Positions 32,416-42,713 of a stretch of 64,000 nt of DNA are shown in pieces. The notes beneath the pieces are model-generated. The model had not been told where the DNA came from and made no database searches. It was given only the letters and a program-made list of their open reading frames with translations. Location of the stretch: the NCBI GenBank assembly GCA_965242965.1, contig OZ251518.1, positions 2,432,001 to 2,496,000 on the forward strand, in the 5' to 3' direction. Each line of letters starts with the position of its first letter. Positions within the stretch are counted from its first letter, which is position 1. Source of the stretch: Candidatus Poribacteria bacterium (GTDB taxonomy: Bacteria > Poribacteria > WGA-4E > WGA-3G). Position numbers and translations under genes: made by a program.

Positions 32416-35412
32416 TTACGATGGTAACCAAATACCAGCCATCTCTAATTTTAGTTGCTGCGTGGCTAGTGCCTTTGCATCAGCTTCAGCACTGCCGCCG
32501 AGATTATACTTCTTGCGCTCGGCTTCGAGGTCGCAGGTTTCCTTCTTCGTTCCCGCGATTGTCGGCTCGGCGCACAGCATCTCACGCAGGCGTTGCATCT
32601 CACGATGTGTTGACTCATCGGTGATGCCGAGCACTTCCGCCAGCAGGCGCGCATCCAGCACATGCCGCCATGCATCATCCGCAGACCGGTGATAAGGAAG
32701 CATCCGCGCATCCTTCAACTCGGCGAATATCTCCTCCGCCTTCGCAAGCTGCTCATCGGTGAGTTGGCGCACGTCGAGGGTGACAACAGTAGCGATTGTC
32801 GCCCACGTTAATTTGCCTCGGCCTGGAGTTTGTTTCGGTGCATGCATCCAATAACACATAAAACCGAGTGTGGAATTTGTCCACAGAGTCCATGCTGCCT
32901 CATACTTGCGTTTGTGTAAGCACGCGTTCACTAACGTTGATGCACCAATCGAAGGCACTTCGGTAAAACTCGCTATCTGCGAATTCGCATTAAAACTAAG
33001 CAACCTGTGATAATGCGTGCGACTGTTACGGCTCAGAATCTTACGAGCCCTCTGCTCTTTACCAGGCTGCACCCGCGCATTGGCATTAATGGAAGTAGAC
33101 ATTGCACGTTGGGTTGTCCTATTAACCTTCCACAATGCAGGATAGAGCTCGCTTGATGTAGGCGCGCCTTCGCGCACTTGAAATGCACCATCTCCACGTG
33201 ATTCGTCTTTAATAGAACTGGCGTTGAAGCCTATCTTGCCGATATCCTCGTTTTGACAAATCGGGAGGAGTTGTGAATCCAACTGGCCGGGGAAATGCAG
33301 ACTGCCCTTGCTCAGCTGATAACCCATCTGAATTAAGGAGAATGCACGGATGTTGGCAGCTGCCCACTCATTTGCGTTGATGGGCGCATCCAGCACATGT
33401 CCCGCTAGATGTTCTCCGATACGGAGTTCATCACCTCCATGTGGCAAATCCTCCATCCGACGCGTCACACTTTTTTGTCGAATCTGATTCGCCAATGTTT
33501 GCGCGGCAAGGAGGCTATCGGGACGCTCCGTGAGACAGACAAACGTTGCCCTCCCTGTATTGGCACCAACCCCCTTCGTTGCAACTACCATGCACTCTCG
33601 CATACCTGTATCGTGGGAGAATGCGCTGTCGTAGCCGCTATTCTGTGCTATCGTCACCACGATCACATCGTGGTATTCTTCGGCGAGCATCCGACGGAGC
33701 TTCTTCGTTGCTGTTCCCATCAACGTCGTAGCTATTAGGATAAATCCCATCGTCCCACCGGTTTTCAACTTCCGGTCGCACATATCCACAAACCAAGATC
33801 CCAATCCGTTATTCCCACTCGCGATGCGGCCTGACTTTTTCTTAAGCTCTGCCTCCATGAGTTTCCTCTCTTCTTTGGAGCGATTTTTCGCCTTAAACGC
33901 CGCCTTCCCTTTACTAGTGTTGGGGTCGGCGTTTTTGGAGAATGGCGGGTTGATGATAATGATGTCCATCTCGCCATCGGGGAATTCGCGCTTGTAGTCA
34001 ACGGTTGCGATGTCGGCATCGCCGATAATCTTATCCGCCATCGTGCCGAGCGTCAGCAAATTGAGTTGTTGGGTATCCAACAATTCTAACGAACCCGTTA
34101 AGAAACCGCCCCCCTCTCGCTTGCCGTAGGGCGCGGTGATAACCCGTGTCGAGCCCAACGTCGTAGTAGGGTGCGTCGCGGCCATCGCCGTGAACGTGAG
34201 GTGCGTCGCGTGGGGATAGATGTCGGATGCAGCGAGATTGTTTTCTATCATTTCGCGGTGAATTTCCTGACTGCTCTTTCCAGTCTTCCGCTCGTAGAGC
34301 TGTTGAATGCGCTTGTAGACACCGTTCAGCAGCGCGCCAGTGCCGCAGGCGTAGTCTGCGACTTTGGGGAGGTTGTCAACATCGATGTCGGGACACACCA
34401 GAGACGATAGCAACGTCGCGCTTTCGGGACGCGTATAGTGCGCCTTCACGTTGTCTCGGTCCACCACCAAATCCTGAAAGAGTTCGCCGCCAATCTCGTG
34501 AACCTGCTGGAGATGGAAGTTACTGATATCGATGGCGGTATTCAGCAATCCCTTCAGCACGCGGCGCGCCATTGTCTCATCGTATTCTCGCAGGATTTTC
34601 ACGATGGCCACTGCGTCCTTGAAAATCGGGACATAGTTCACTTCCAAAATCCGCAGCCAATCGCGGATAATGTCATCATATCTTACCAGCTTGGTGGCAT
34701 CATCGTAATGCGCTAATCTGCGCACCTTTTTGAAACCTTCCTTGCCCGCCACTGCGTCTTGGAATATGAAGGCATCGATGACAAAGACACAAGCGGTTTT
34801 GCATGTCTCAACGTCGGCATCCTTGCCGATAATCTCCGCCAGCATATCGCCGAGTGCGGGACGTTCTTCAATTGAACGTGCGATGCGCTTTGAATAAGCG
34901 TCCATCCCCTTGCTATAAACCTTCGCGACTTCGCGGATTTTCTTCGTCGGCGATGCACCGATGTGCAAGGCGTTGGCGATGTCTCGGAGGGAGCCCTTCG
35001 CGTATCCCGACTTGGGGAAGTTCCCCTCGTCGTCCTCTGTCACCACGCAGTATTCAATTTCGTTGGTGTGCTCCAGCGCATGCTCCAACTCCGTGCTCGA
35101 GACCTTCTGCACCGATTCGGGGTATTTGATAACCATCCCCGCCACCAATGTCTCGGACACACGCTGGAAGTCGGGCTCCAACTCTAGTCCGAATCTCGCG
35201 CGGAGTTGTTCAACGCCGGCTTTGATGTCTTCGTCGTGCGATTTCGCCTCAATTGCGACTGTCTCGCGTCCTTGACGCATCGCCATGATGTCGGGTGTAA
35301 GCGTATTGCCGACGAAGGGTTTCTGCTGTCCCTCGAATGTCCAGCCGTGCGTCATCCCACTCAGAAGTTTTGTTACTTCGCGCGTTACCGTATCTTCGGT
35401 CTGTTTAATCAT
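32416..35412 (-). CDS. Single-polypeptide type IIG-like restriction-modification enzyme (PD-(D/E)xK nuclease plus N6-adenine MTase)
   Basis: PDIM..AIEAK, HYT, VADYACGTGALL, INPPF. Confidence 0.82.
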   Translation of the reverse strand: MIKQTEDTVTREVTKLLSGMTHGWTFEGQQKPFVGNTLTPDIMAMRQGRETVAIEAKSHDEDIKAGVEQLRARFGLELEPDFQRVSETLVAGMVIKYPESVQKVSSTELEHALEHTNEIEYCVVTEDDEGNFPKSGYAKGSLRDIANALHIGASPTKKIREVAKVYSKGMDAYSKRIARSIEERPALGDMLAEIIGKDADVETCKTACVFVIDAFIFQDAVAGKEGFKKVRRLAHYDDATKLVRYDDIIRDWLRILEVNYVPIFKDAVAIVKILREYDETMARRVLKGLLNTAIDISNFHLQQVHEIGGELFQDLVVDRDNVKAHYTRPESATLLSSLVCPDIDVDNLPKVADYACGTGALLNGVYKRIQQLYERKTGKSSQEIHREMIENNLAASDIYPHATHLTFTAMAATHPTTTLGSTRVITAPYGKREGGGFLTGSLELLDTQQLNLLTLGTMADKIIGDADIATVDYKREFPDGEMDIIIINPPFSKNADPNTSKGKAAFKAKNRSKEERKLMEAELKKKSGRIASGNNGLGSWFVDMCDRKLKTGGTMGFILIATTLMGTATKKLRRMLAEEYHDVIVVTIAQNSGYDSAFSHDTGMRECMVVATKGVGANTGRATFVCLTERPDSLLAAQTLANQIRQKSVTRRMEDLPHGGDELRIGEHLAGHVLDAPINANEWAAANIRAFSLIQMGYQLSKGSLHFPGQLDSQLLPICQNEDIGKIGFNASSIKDESRGDGAFQVREGAPTSSELYPALWKVNRTTQRAMSTSINANARVQPGKEQRARKILSRNSRTHYHRLLSFNANSQIASFTEVPSIGASTLVNACLHKRKYEAAWTLWTNSTLGFMCYWMHAPKQTPGRGKLTWATIATVVTLDVRQLTDEQLAKAEEIFAELKDARMLPYHRSADDAWRHVLDARLLAEVLGITDESTHREMQRLREMLCAEPTIAGTKKETCDLEAERKKYNLGGSAEADAKALATQQLKLEMAGIWLPS

Positions 35413-35462
35413 TTTTTAGTTCTCCTTTTGTGTTTTGTGACTCTGATCCTGTTTCTATCCCC

Positions 35463-35880
35463 GTAGGAGAGCCCTCCTGGTCTCGATGCCTTTCCTGCGC
35501 CAGCGTTTTGCTGCCAGATTTCCTCACCTCTGTAGGTCAGGATCGCCTGATCCTGACCTGTTTGTGATCAGGCGATCACAAACTACAGTGGTAGGGGCGC
35601 GAAGCGAGCACAAACGACAGAAAGCACGAAACCCCTCCCTTCACCGTAGGGCGAGGGCCTGTCCCTCGCCATCGTCCGCGCGCCAGGCCCTGTAGGTCAG
35701 GATCGCCTGATCCTGACCTGTTTGTGATCAGGCGATCACAAACTACAGAAGAGGAAACACACATCGGGACGATGGAGCTCGCGGGTTTCCCTCGCCATCG
35801 CTCGTGCAATCCAACGATCGCGGGGGACAGGCCCCCGCGCTACGGGAAAATCGTGACCAGGAGGTCTCTCCTACCGGGAT
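35463..35880. repeat. REP cluster
   Basis: GTAGGTCAGGATCGCCTGATCCTGACC and related hairpins. Confidence 0.8.
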
Positions 35881-35899
35881 GTTCGGTAGGGGGAGTAGG

Positions 35900-36304
35900 T
35901 TAGGCGGTGCTGGCGATGTATGCCTCCAACTCTTCGCGCAAGTGCGGCATGATTGCCTCGCCGGTGGTGAGGGCGACGGTATCCGTCACAACGCCCCAGC
36001 CGTGTTGAATGGCGATTTCCCAGGCATCATCGCCGTCCCGGTAACGATAGACGTTGTTTTCGTCGTGCTGTTCTTCCCAAGCCTTCTCGCTATCCTCGCC
36101 GTTCGTTTCGGCTTCTTGGATGACCTCCTCAAAATGCGCGTAAATCTCGCCGGAGATGTCTTTTGCGAGTTCGTTGCTCAGGTAGTCGATGTCGTCATCG
36201 CCGTAGTTGCTGATGCCGCGGGCGAAGAATTCGTCGCCGCATTTGAATTCAGTTTTGCAACTGAATAATCCGTCGTGGCCTTCCAGATTCACTACATATT
36301 TCAT
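35900..36304 (-). CDS. Small, highly acidic hypothetical protein at the CRISPR trailer end
   Basis: 134 aa from ATG, AAGGAG RBS, roughly 32 D/E versus about 9 K/R. Confidence 0.7.
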   Translation of the reverse strand: MKYVVNLEGHDGLFSCKTEFKCGDEFFARGISNYGDDDIDYLSNELAKDISGEIYAHFEEVIQEAETNGEDSEKAWEEQHDENNVYRYRDGDDAWEIAIQHGWGVVTDTVALTTGEAIMPHLREELEAYIASTA

Positions 36305-36369
36305 TGTCAATTTCTCCTTTTTTTTCAGGTTTTGCGGTTTGCGTTTTGCTGCCGTGTTGTGAGTAAGAG

Positions 36370-37847
36370 GTTTCTATTCCCTTCAAGCGGGAAGGCGTTT
36401 CTGAACTCGAGGCAGCTTGGGTGCTCGGGCAACCGAAGCAACGCGGGTTTCTATTCCCTTCAAGCGGGAAGGCGTTTCCGAACTCGGCAGGGTATGCGTG
36501 ATGAGATTCGTATGATTCACGAGTTTCTATTCCCTTCAAGCGGAAAGGCGTTTCCAAACTAGTCGAAGCCTTAAAACCTCACCGAGACTATATTGAATCG
36601 TTTCTATTCCCTTCAAGCGGGAAGGCGTTTCCGAACGGTACATGACCCAATACTTCGGTTGGGGTCCTCAGGATCCGTTTCTATTCCCTTCAAACGGGAC
36701 GGCGTTTCCAAACCCAGCGAGGTGTGGTTGAACATTCACTCAGACGAATGGTTTCTATTCCCTTCAAACGGGAAGGCGTTTCCAAACGACCGCCCGGCAC
36801 CGATTACGATGGACATCCAAGCTGTTTCTATTCCCTTCAAACGGGACGGCGTTTCCAAACTGACAGACTTGTTAGAGGTGTTCCATGAAAAACTTTTCGG
36901 GTTTCTATTCCCTTCAAGCGGGACGGCGTTTCCGAACGACAGCGGGTATACGAGATCCACAGGGACTCGGGGACACTGGTTTCTATTCCCTTCAAACGGG
37001 ACGGCGTTTCCAAACGGTAGGTACGGATTATGTTTATTCCCGCTACTTGGATGCGTTTCTATTCCCTTCAAACGGGACGGCGTTTCCAAACTCGTAAAAA
37101 AAATGATATTTCACTTGACTTTGGGGTCTGAGTTTCTATTCCCTTCAAACGGGACGGCGTTTCCAAACAATCCAGCAGTTTCTCACTGACAACATCGGTT
37201 TCGAAGGTTTCTATTCCCTTCAAACGGGACGGCGTTTCCAAACGATATTGCGAACGCAATCTGGAATGCCCTCGAAGACGAGTATGTTTCTATTCCCTTC
37301 AAACGGGACGGCGTTTCCAAACCGAGCTCGAACCGAGTGCCTACTACAGCGACTACGATGTGTTTCTATTCCCTTCAAACGGGACGGCGTTTCCAAACGA
37401 GCGTTGGATGCTGAAGCGTGCGTCTTGGGACGAGTTTCTATTCCCTTCAAACGGGACGGCGTTTCCGAACCACCATGCGTAAGGATCCCAACGTCTTCGG
37501 CACAGTCTAGTTTCTATTCCCTTCAACCGGGAAGGCGTTTCCAAACGAGACTGAGTCCCCGCTACAAGGCCGTCATCCAACTCAAGTTTCTATTCCCTTC
37601 AACCGGGACGGCGTTTCCAAACGACAGGATTGTCGAGGCATTGCAATCGGCAAAAAAGTAAAGTTTCTATTCCCTTCAACCGGGAAGGCGTTTCCTAACA
37701 CATGAACCCTTCGCAATGTGAAGTGTGTTTATGATGTTTCTATTCCCTTCAACCGGGAAGGCGTTTCCTAACTTTACACCCAGTCATGCGTCTGATTACT
37801 ATCCCGGAGAGTTTCTATTCCCTTCAACCGGGAAGGCGTTTCCAAAC
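36370..37847 (-). CRISPR. CRISPR array, 20 repeats of 37 bp and 19 spacers
   Basis: Repeat (+ strand) GTTTCTATTCCCTTCAANCGGGAMGGCGTTTCCAAAC; minus-strand reading ends ...AATAGAAAC; unique spacers of about 35-42 bp; leader on the cas side. Confidence 0.98.
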
Positions 37848-37978
37848 CGCTATGCTTTTGAACCCCTCTGTGCGTAGTTCTCAAAAGCCCAGATCCAAAC
37901 GCGATTCAAATCGGGCGTTTTTTCGGGCGCAGGTTCTGCCCAAAAATGCAAGAACCCTTGTCCTCTCTTTCGTTATTA

Positions 37979-38007
37979 ATGATACCATAAATGAACGGAA
38001 ATGTCAA
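37979..38007 (-). promoter_or_regulatory. CRISPR leader promoter
   Basis: Minus strand TTGACA-17bp-TATCAT with TG extension, pointing into the array. Confidence 0.7.
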
Positions 38008-38076
38008 GTTTTTTCAATTTTTCAGCAGCGTGAAGGAAAATTCCTCTCCCCGAAATGAACCTATCCTTTGCTGTTG

Positions 38077-38699
38077 TTAGCAGATGCGATACTGCCCGAA
38101 CCCAAATGCCGTGTGATGCCCGATGTGGAGATATTCTCCCAAGAAAATCAGCGGCAGAAACGGGGACAACTCTCCCGCAAACCGAACTTTCCCAACGAAC
38201 CCACCCATCGGGACAACACTTTTTGTCCGGAAAGACCGGCGTTCCTTCCGCACCCATTGCAAGTGCGAGGTATGCGTGACTGCCCGCGCCGCCTTCAGCA
38301 AGGCATGTGCATCCACACCCAGGTCTTCGCCACAATGGAAGTAGCTCAAGAATCGGATGCGTCGGAGGAGATTGCGGATGAGCAGTTCAAACGTCACGTC
38401 GCGCATCCAGCGTCCCTCCACTTTGAGGCTCGTCGGTGTTCGGAAATCGAGTGTAAGCGTGTCGGTGACGTGCGGCGCGCCGCGTAGCACATCGTCAAGG
38501 CGGAGAAGCCTGCCTGCTCCCATTAGCCTCTCGGTTTGGGAGGTATAAATAGTTTCGGGGGGCTCGGTGCCTCGCGCGGGGAGACTCTCGATGGTGTTGA
38601 GTTCACACTTACCGCGCTGGCCGCTGAGCCCGATGCGGCGTTTGCCGATTTCACGGTATAGGTGAAGCGGTATCGGGCAAATTGGAAGTTGTGGAGCAT
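38077..38699 (-). pseudogene. cas6: cas6 with internal deletion and frameshift
   Basis: N-terminal MLHNFQFARYRFTYTV is out of frame with EIGKRRIG...FRTPT...GEYLHIGHHTAFGFGQY (Cas6 G-loop). Confidence 0.8.
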
Positions 38700-38701
38700 G
38701 G

Positions 38702-40243
38702 CTAATCCCAACAGAGTTCGTGCAGTTCCAGCAGTACCTCGAAAGGTAAGCCGTTTTCGGAGCAATAGCTGCGTGAGAAGTTCTCGAGGAACTTCCGCGC
38801 TAACATTTGCAGTTTCTCGGCATCTTCCTTCGTTTTTTCCTGATTCATACCACTGTTAAAGTGTATGAAATCATTTCGAGGAACGATACTCCGGGTTATG
38901 TCTTTAACACACTCGTAGCCGAAGTCAGTCACTTTCCACTGTTCCTCAGCGGCCGGAATCTCGTAGAATTGGCTATTTTCTCGATAGAGTGTGCTTCCGA
39001 ACAAAAGTTTAATTAGCGGCGAGAGCCGCCATGGTTTGTCAGGGCATATAGATTCGCATGCCCTTGAACCGTGGCGTAAATGTCCATCTTCCGCGATTTG
39101 ATAAATTCTGTAGTTACAGAGGATTTCAACAACCTGCGTGAAGCGAACAATGGCGTCATCAAGTTTGCCGCTCTGTTTCCGCCTGATGGCATTCTGGTAG
39201 CGATCTACGGCATAGTGGATAACGCGCGTGTCATCCTCAAAAAGCGTGTGCTTATCGCAGACCTTGCTCAAAATGTCAAGGACATCAATTGAGCGATAGA
39301 CATGCTTTTCGTCGTATCCCCATGTCCCTTTGAAATCCCCCGATGCTTCGTAGTCAAAGGCATCCCAAAGGCGGTAGCAGTTTGCCATTTCAAGACTCTC
39401 TTGAACTGCTTCCAGCTCTGCGTCTAAGCCGTATCGCTTTGCATGGGCATCAAGCTTCTTCTTGACATATCCCCACAATTCCGCTGCCACTTCATAATTG
39501 TGTTCGTCAAAAAAAGCCTCAGCCTTATGGCGAGTTTGCCAGTTGTAGATGTCGAAAGGGTTTTCAAGTTGACTCAAGAATTCGGTCCCGGGCTCCGGGG
39601 CATGGCGACGGGAATCGTATGTTTCGGCATCAACGTAAAACATGTCGCACGCTGAGGACGTAAGGTTTGCGCCGACTAAAATTGTGCATGCAGTGAACCC
39701 GCCGCTAATCATTGTTTTCTTTCCGCCGGTGAGGTCTAGCGCGATGCGTTTGTCCAAATCCACGCGACCAACAATTTCCTTAATCCGTTTGAAGGTTTCA
39801 ACCGGATCGGACGAATCCGCTAATTCCACTGCAAAATCCGATTGAAATTTCGGCTTCTCGCCAATTGCATTTTTGACGCGAGTCCTCAAATCGGATTCTG
39901 GTAGCATGACTGCGATTCTATCCGCTATCTCGCCGAGCATCGGGAGGGTGTCGCGTGAATAGAGGAAGTAAATCTGCACGCGCGGCTGAATTTCCGCGAG
40001 GCTGAGAACAATGGGGATGCTCCTGAACCCCACGAGAAAAATGCCGACATCGTAGCAAAAGTCTGAGGGAAGCAGTCCCTGTCCTCGCCGTTCTTCGTTA
40101 CGAGCGTGGAAAACGTCCCAATAGGATGGCAGGATAGGATACAGCAACTTTTCCTCAAGTTGCTGTGGTGCTTCACCGGATGAGCGTCGCCTTTCATAGT
40201 CGCGCATTTTCTTTTTAATCTCGTTCTGATTAATGTCTACCAT
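38702..40243 (-). CDS. CARF-HEPN cOA-activated ribonuclease (Csm6/Csx1-like)
   Basis: IFLVGF..P, DLTGGKKTM CARF motifs; RNDFIH HEPN R-x4-H. Confidence 0.82.
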   Translation of the reverse strand: MVDINQNEIKKKMRDYERRRSSGEAPQQLEEKLLYPILPSYWDVFHARNEERRGQGLLPSDFCYDVGIFLVGFRSIPIVLSLAEIQPRVQIYFLYSRDTLPMLGEIADRIAVMLPESDLRTRVKNAIGEKPKFQSDFAVELADSSDPVETFKRIKEIVGRVDLDKRIALDLTGGKKTMISGGFTACTILVGANLTSSACDMFYVDAETYDSRRHAPEPGTEFLSQLENPFDIYNWQTRHKAEAFFDEHNYEVAAELWGYVKKKLDAHAKRYGLDAELEAVQESLEMANCYRLWDAFDYEASGDFKGTWGYDEKHVYRSIDVLDILSKVCDKHTLFEDDTRVIHYAVDRYQNAIRRKQSGKLDDAIVRFTQVVEILCNYRIYQIAEDGHLRHGSRACESICPDKPWRLSPLIKLLFGSTLYRENSQFYEIPAAEEQWKVTDFGYECVKDITRSIVPRNDFIHFNSGMNQEKTKEDAEKLQMLARKFLENFSRSYCSENGLPFEVLLELHELCWD

Positions 40244-40244
40244 G

Positions 40245-41675
40245 CTAGCCTCCGTGTGTGTGAAAAAGTTCGATCCAGCCCAACGGATAGGCGGGTTGTC
40301 CTGCCTCTAAAACGAACCGGCGGGATTTCGGTGCAGGTTTCGGACGCTTGTGCAGTCCTCTGGAAACGACTTCATTCCGCAAGTCAACTCGCGTTTGTTC
40401 ATCCAGCAAGAGCGCGACGGTGGTGCCGAGCATCCCGGTTCCCCATCCGACGCGGAGTGTTGCGCGTTTCTTCTGCGCATCGTCAGCGTAAAGTGCCTTG
40501 ACTCTGTCAAGGGTAAGGCTTCCGCTGCTTGCGTAGGTTGCGAGGAACTGCCGTTCGGCTTCCCACTGTGCTTGTGCGAAATTCTGACAGAGTTCCATCA
40601 AAGACCCGAGGTCTGAAAACGGCAGCTTCGCCCCTGCTCTGTTGAAACTCTCCAAGATACCGCGGTCAATGGAGATTTCGATAGCCGTTTCGCCGCGAAA
40701 GCATTCAAACCGTGTCTTGTCCCCTACGTTTTTCTTAACAACCTGATTGCCGGACAGCGTCGTGAAGAGAACGTCCTCAAAGCCTATTCTAGAGAAAAGC
40801 GGCGGTTCATCAACCTTCGTATAGGTTGCCAAAACCTGCGCGTCATCCCGCTCCTCAAATGTATGCATCTCCAGCCACTCCCCTTTTTTAAGGTTTGTCA
40901 CAATCTTGTCAAGCGGAAGGTGAATTTCACGTCCATCTGGGGTTTGCAGTGTTGCCCCGCGCGAACTCGGGGATGTGACGGTTTCCGCAAATCGGGTGGC
41001 ATCAAGTGAGCTCTCTTCGACGATGGCATCTTTGACTTTGACGGACTTGAAAATATCTGTGAAGGGGCCTCTGGGTTCTTGCTTCCGCTGCGTATTTCGG
41101 GCCTCTCCTCGCGGATGGACGGATTGGAATGCATCCCCCAGAAGTTGACGAGCGAAGCGTTCACTGAAGTGCCTTTTTCCACGTGTATCGCGCTTTTGAT
41201 ATGCCGCCATTTGCTTCGCGACATAAGCGTCCAAATCAAGGGTTCCTGCCGCAATCCGCTGCGTGAGGATATGGTAAAACACAGCGGTTTTGATTGCCCC
41301 CTTAATGCTGCTCCCAGGGACAAAATGCTGGTTGAGCCCGGATTGCATAAACCTATTGCCCGCCGGCAGCCGGACAATGCCTTTGGAAATCTTCGCTATG
41401 TTGGATTTGTAGTCGTAGCCGATTTGCTTGAGAACCTGGTCGATCCGAGTCTTTGCGTTCGGGTTGCTAAATGTTTTCGTATAGATTTCAACAGCCTTAA
41501 GCCCTTTCCACGCAAAAATCTCGGCTTGGAGTTTGGGCGTATCAACAATATGTAAGAAATTGTCTGTCGGCTCTAGGCGTATAAAGCCTTGGCCGTAAAC
41601 CTCGGGGGTACCGGCTTGAATGTGAATTGGCGAGAGCGTTGAGAGGCGGTAAACGCCCGTTTCAAGATATGTCAT
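40245..41675 (-). CDS. csm5: Type III-A RAMP Csm5
   Basis: TLSPIHI, VPGSSIKGAIKTA, LRVGWGTG, PLGWIEL. Confidence 0.88.
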   Translation of the reverse strand: MTYLETGVYRLSTLSPIHIQAGTPEVYGQGFIRLEPTDNFLHIVDTPKLQAEIFAWKGLKAVEIYTKTFSNPNAKTRIDQVLKQIGYDYKSNIAKISKGIVRLPAGNRFMQSGLNQHFVPGSSIKGAIKTAVFYHILTQRIAAGTLDLDAYVAKQMAAYQKRDTRGKRHFSERFARQLLGDAFQSVHPRGEARNTQRKQEPRGPFTDIFKSVKVKDAIVEESSLDATRFAETVTSPSSRGATLQTPDGREIHLPLDKIVTNLKKGEWLEMHTFEERDDAQVLATYTKVDEPPLFSRIGFEDVLFTTLSGNQVVKKNVGDKTRFECFRGETAIEISIDRGILESFNRAGAKLPFSDLGSLMELCQNFAQAQWEAERQFLATYASSGSLTLDRVKALYADDAQKKRATLRVGWGTGMLGTTVALLLDEQTRVDLRNEVVSRGLHKRPKPAPKSRRFVLEAGQPAYPLGWIELFHTHGG

Positions 41676-42711
41676 CTTCCTCCTCCAAGATGTGAATCGG
41701 CAGCGAAAGCGGGATTCCATACCGATAAAGTGGATGCGCTAATTCGTGCGGTTCATCGGGTGTTACCTCGGCAAGCTGCCCGCGAGGCTCGTTGTGAAAC
41801 ACAGACCCTTCGCCAAACATCGTGACGGCTTTCCGTTTCAACTGCGTCGGGGTGGTTGCGGAATAACACCATCCGCGCCGAGGCACTAACTGGTATGCAA
41901 CCGGGTTGAGGCCGTCAAAAGTGTCAGGGAGGTAAAGCGACAGATTCACAAACCCGTTGAACCCGTTCCGCTCATGCAAGTCGAATAGTTCCTGCCATTC
42001 TGGGTCCAGGACGCTAATCGTATCGCAGTTCACTCTGAATACACCATTTCCGTGGCTGCGGCGGCCGCCCAATCCATTCCTGCCGGCTTGGCAGAGGATT
42101 GCCTGAAACGCATCCCAGTCCAAAAGGGTGGTATCGTTCAGTTCAACGATGAAATATAACCCAGAGCCGCCATGGAAGTGAACTAAGCCGGTGTGGTAGA
42201 TTGAGGCGGCATCTGTCAACCGGTCTCGGGCATGCTGCGGGCGAATCTCCCGATAGCAAATACGCCCGATATCCTGAGTCTCTAGCTTATCCAAATCAAC
42301 TTCTTCTCCGCTCAACCAGGCGTGGAAGATATCCATTTGCACGAGTTGAGCACTTCGGACAGCCTTACCATATTCCTTTTTCGTTTCCTGCCCGTGCACG
42401 TCATCATAAAACTGGGGCGGGTCGATCCGGGGCTTAGGGAGATAATAGGTAACGTCAAATTGCGAGTGCATTTCAAACGGAAATGCCGACGAAATCCGAA
42501 ACGGTGGTTCGCCTTCACGGAAGGGCACCAGCAACTTATCAACAGCACGTGGATTTCCATTGTGGAGTTCGGCGTAGTTATTGATGAGGCAGCTGAACAA
42601 GGTGTCGGAATGAGCGAGGCACAGGCTCTCCTCAAGCCCGATTCCAGCAACATCCGCCCCCAAATGGAGCGTGGACCTGAAATGGAGTTTGACGATTTTT
42701 AGCTCGCCCAT
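41662..42711 (-). CDS. csm4: Type III-A RAMP Csm4
   Basis: HSDTLFS, ISSAFP, YYLPKP, GLGGRRSHGNGVF, MFGEGSVF, HPLYRYG. Confidence 0.92.
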   Translation of the reverse strand: MGELKIVKLHFRSTLHLGADVAGIGLEESLCLAHSDTLFSCLINNYAELHNGNPRAVDKLLVPFREGEPPFRISSAFPFEMHSQFDVTYYLPKPRIDPPQFYDDVHGQETKKEYGKAVRSAQLVQMDIFHAWLSGEEVDLDKLETQDIGRICYREIRPQHARDRLTDAASIYHTGLVHFHGGSGLYFIVELNDTTLLDWDAFQAILCQAGRNGLGGRRSHGNGVFRVNCDTISVLDPEWQELFDLHERNGFNGFVNLSLYLPDTFDGLNPVAYQLVPRRGWCYSATTPTQLKRKAVTMFGEGSVFHNEPRGQLAEVTPDEPHELAHPLYRYGIPLSLPIHILEEEDDIS

Positions 42712-42713
42712 TA

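Noticed and set aside
36249-37661. ORFs overlapping the CRISPR array
   Set aside because: They are translations of repeat-spacer units.
36407-37810. Self-targeting spacers
   Set aside because: No match to the window was seen by eye; DIANAIW versus the R-M gene's DIANALH is only a peptide coincidence. An exhaustive search was not possible.
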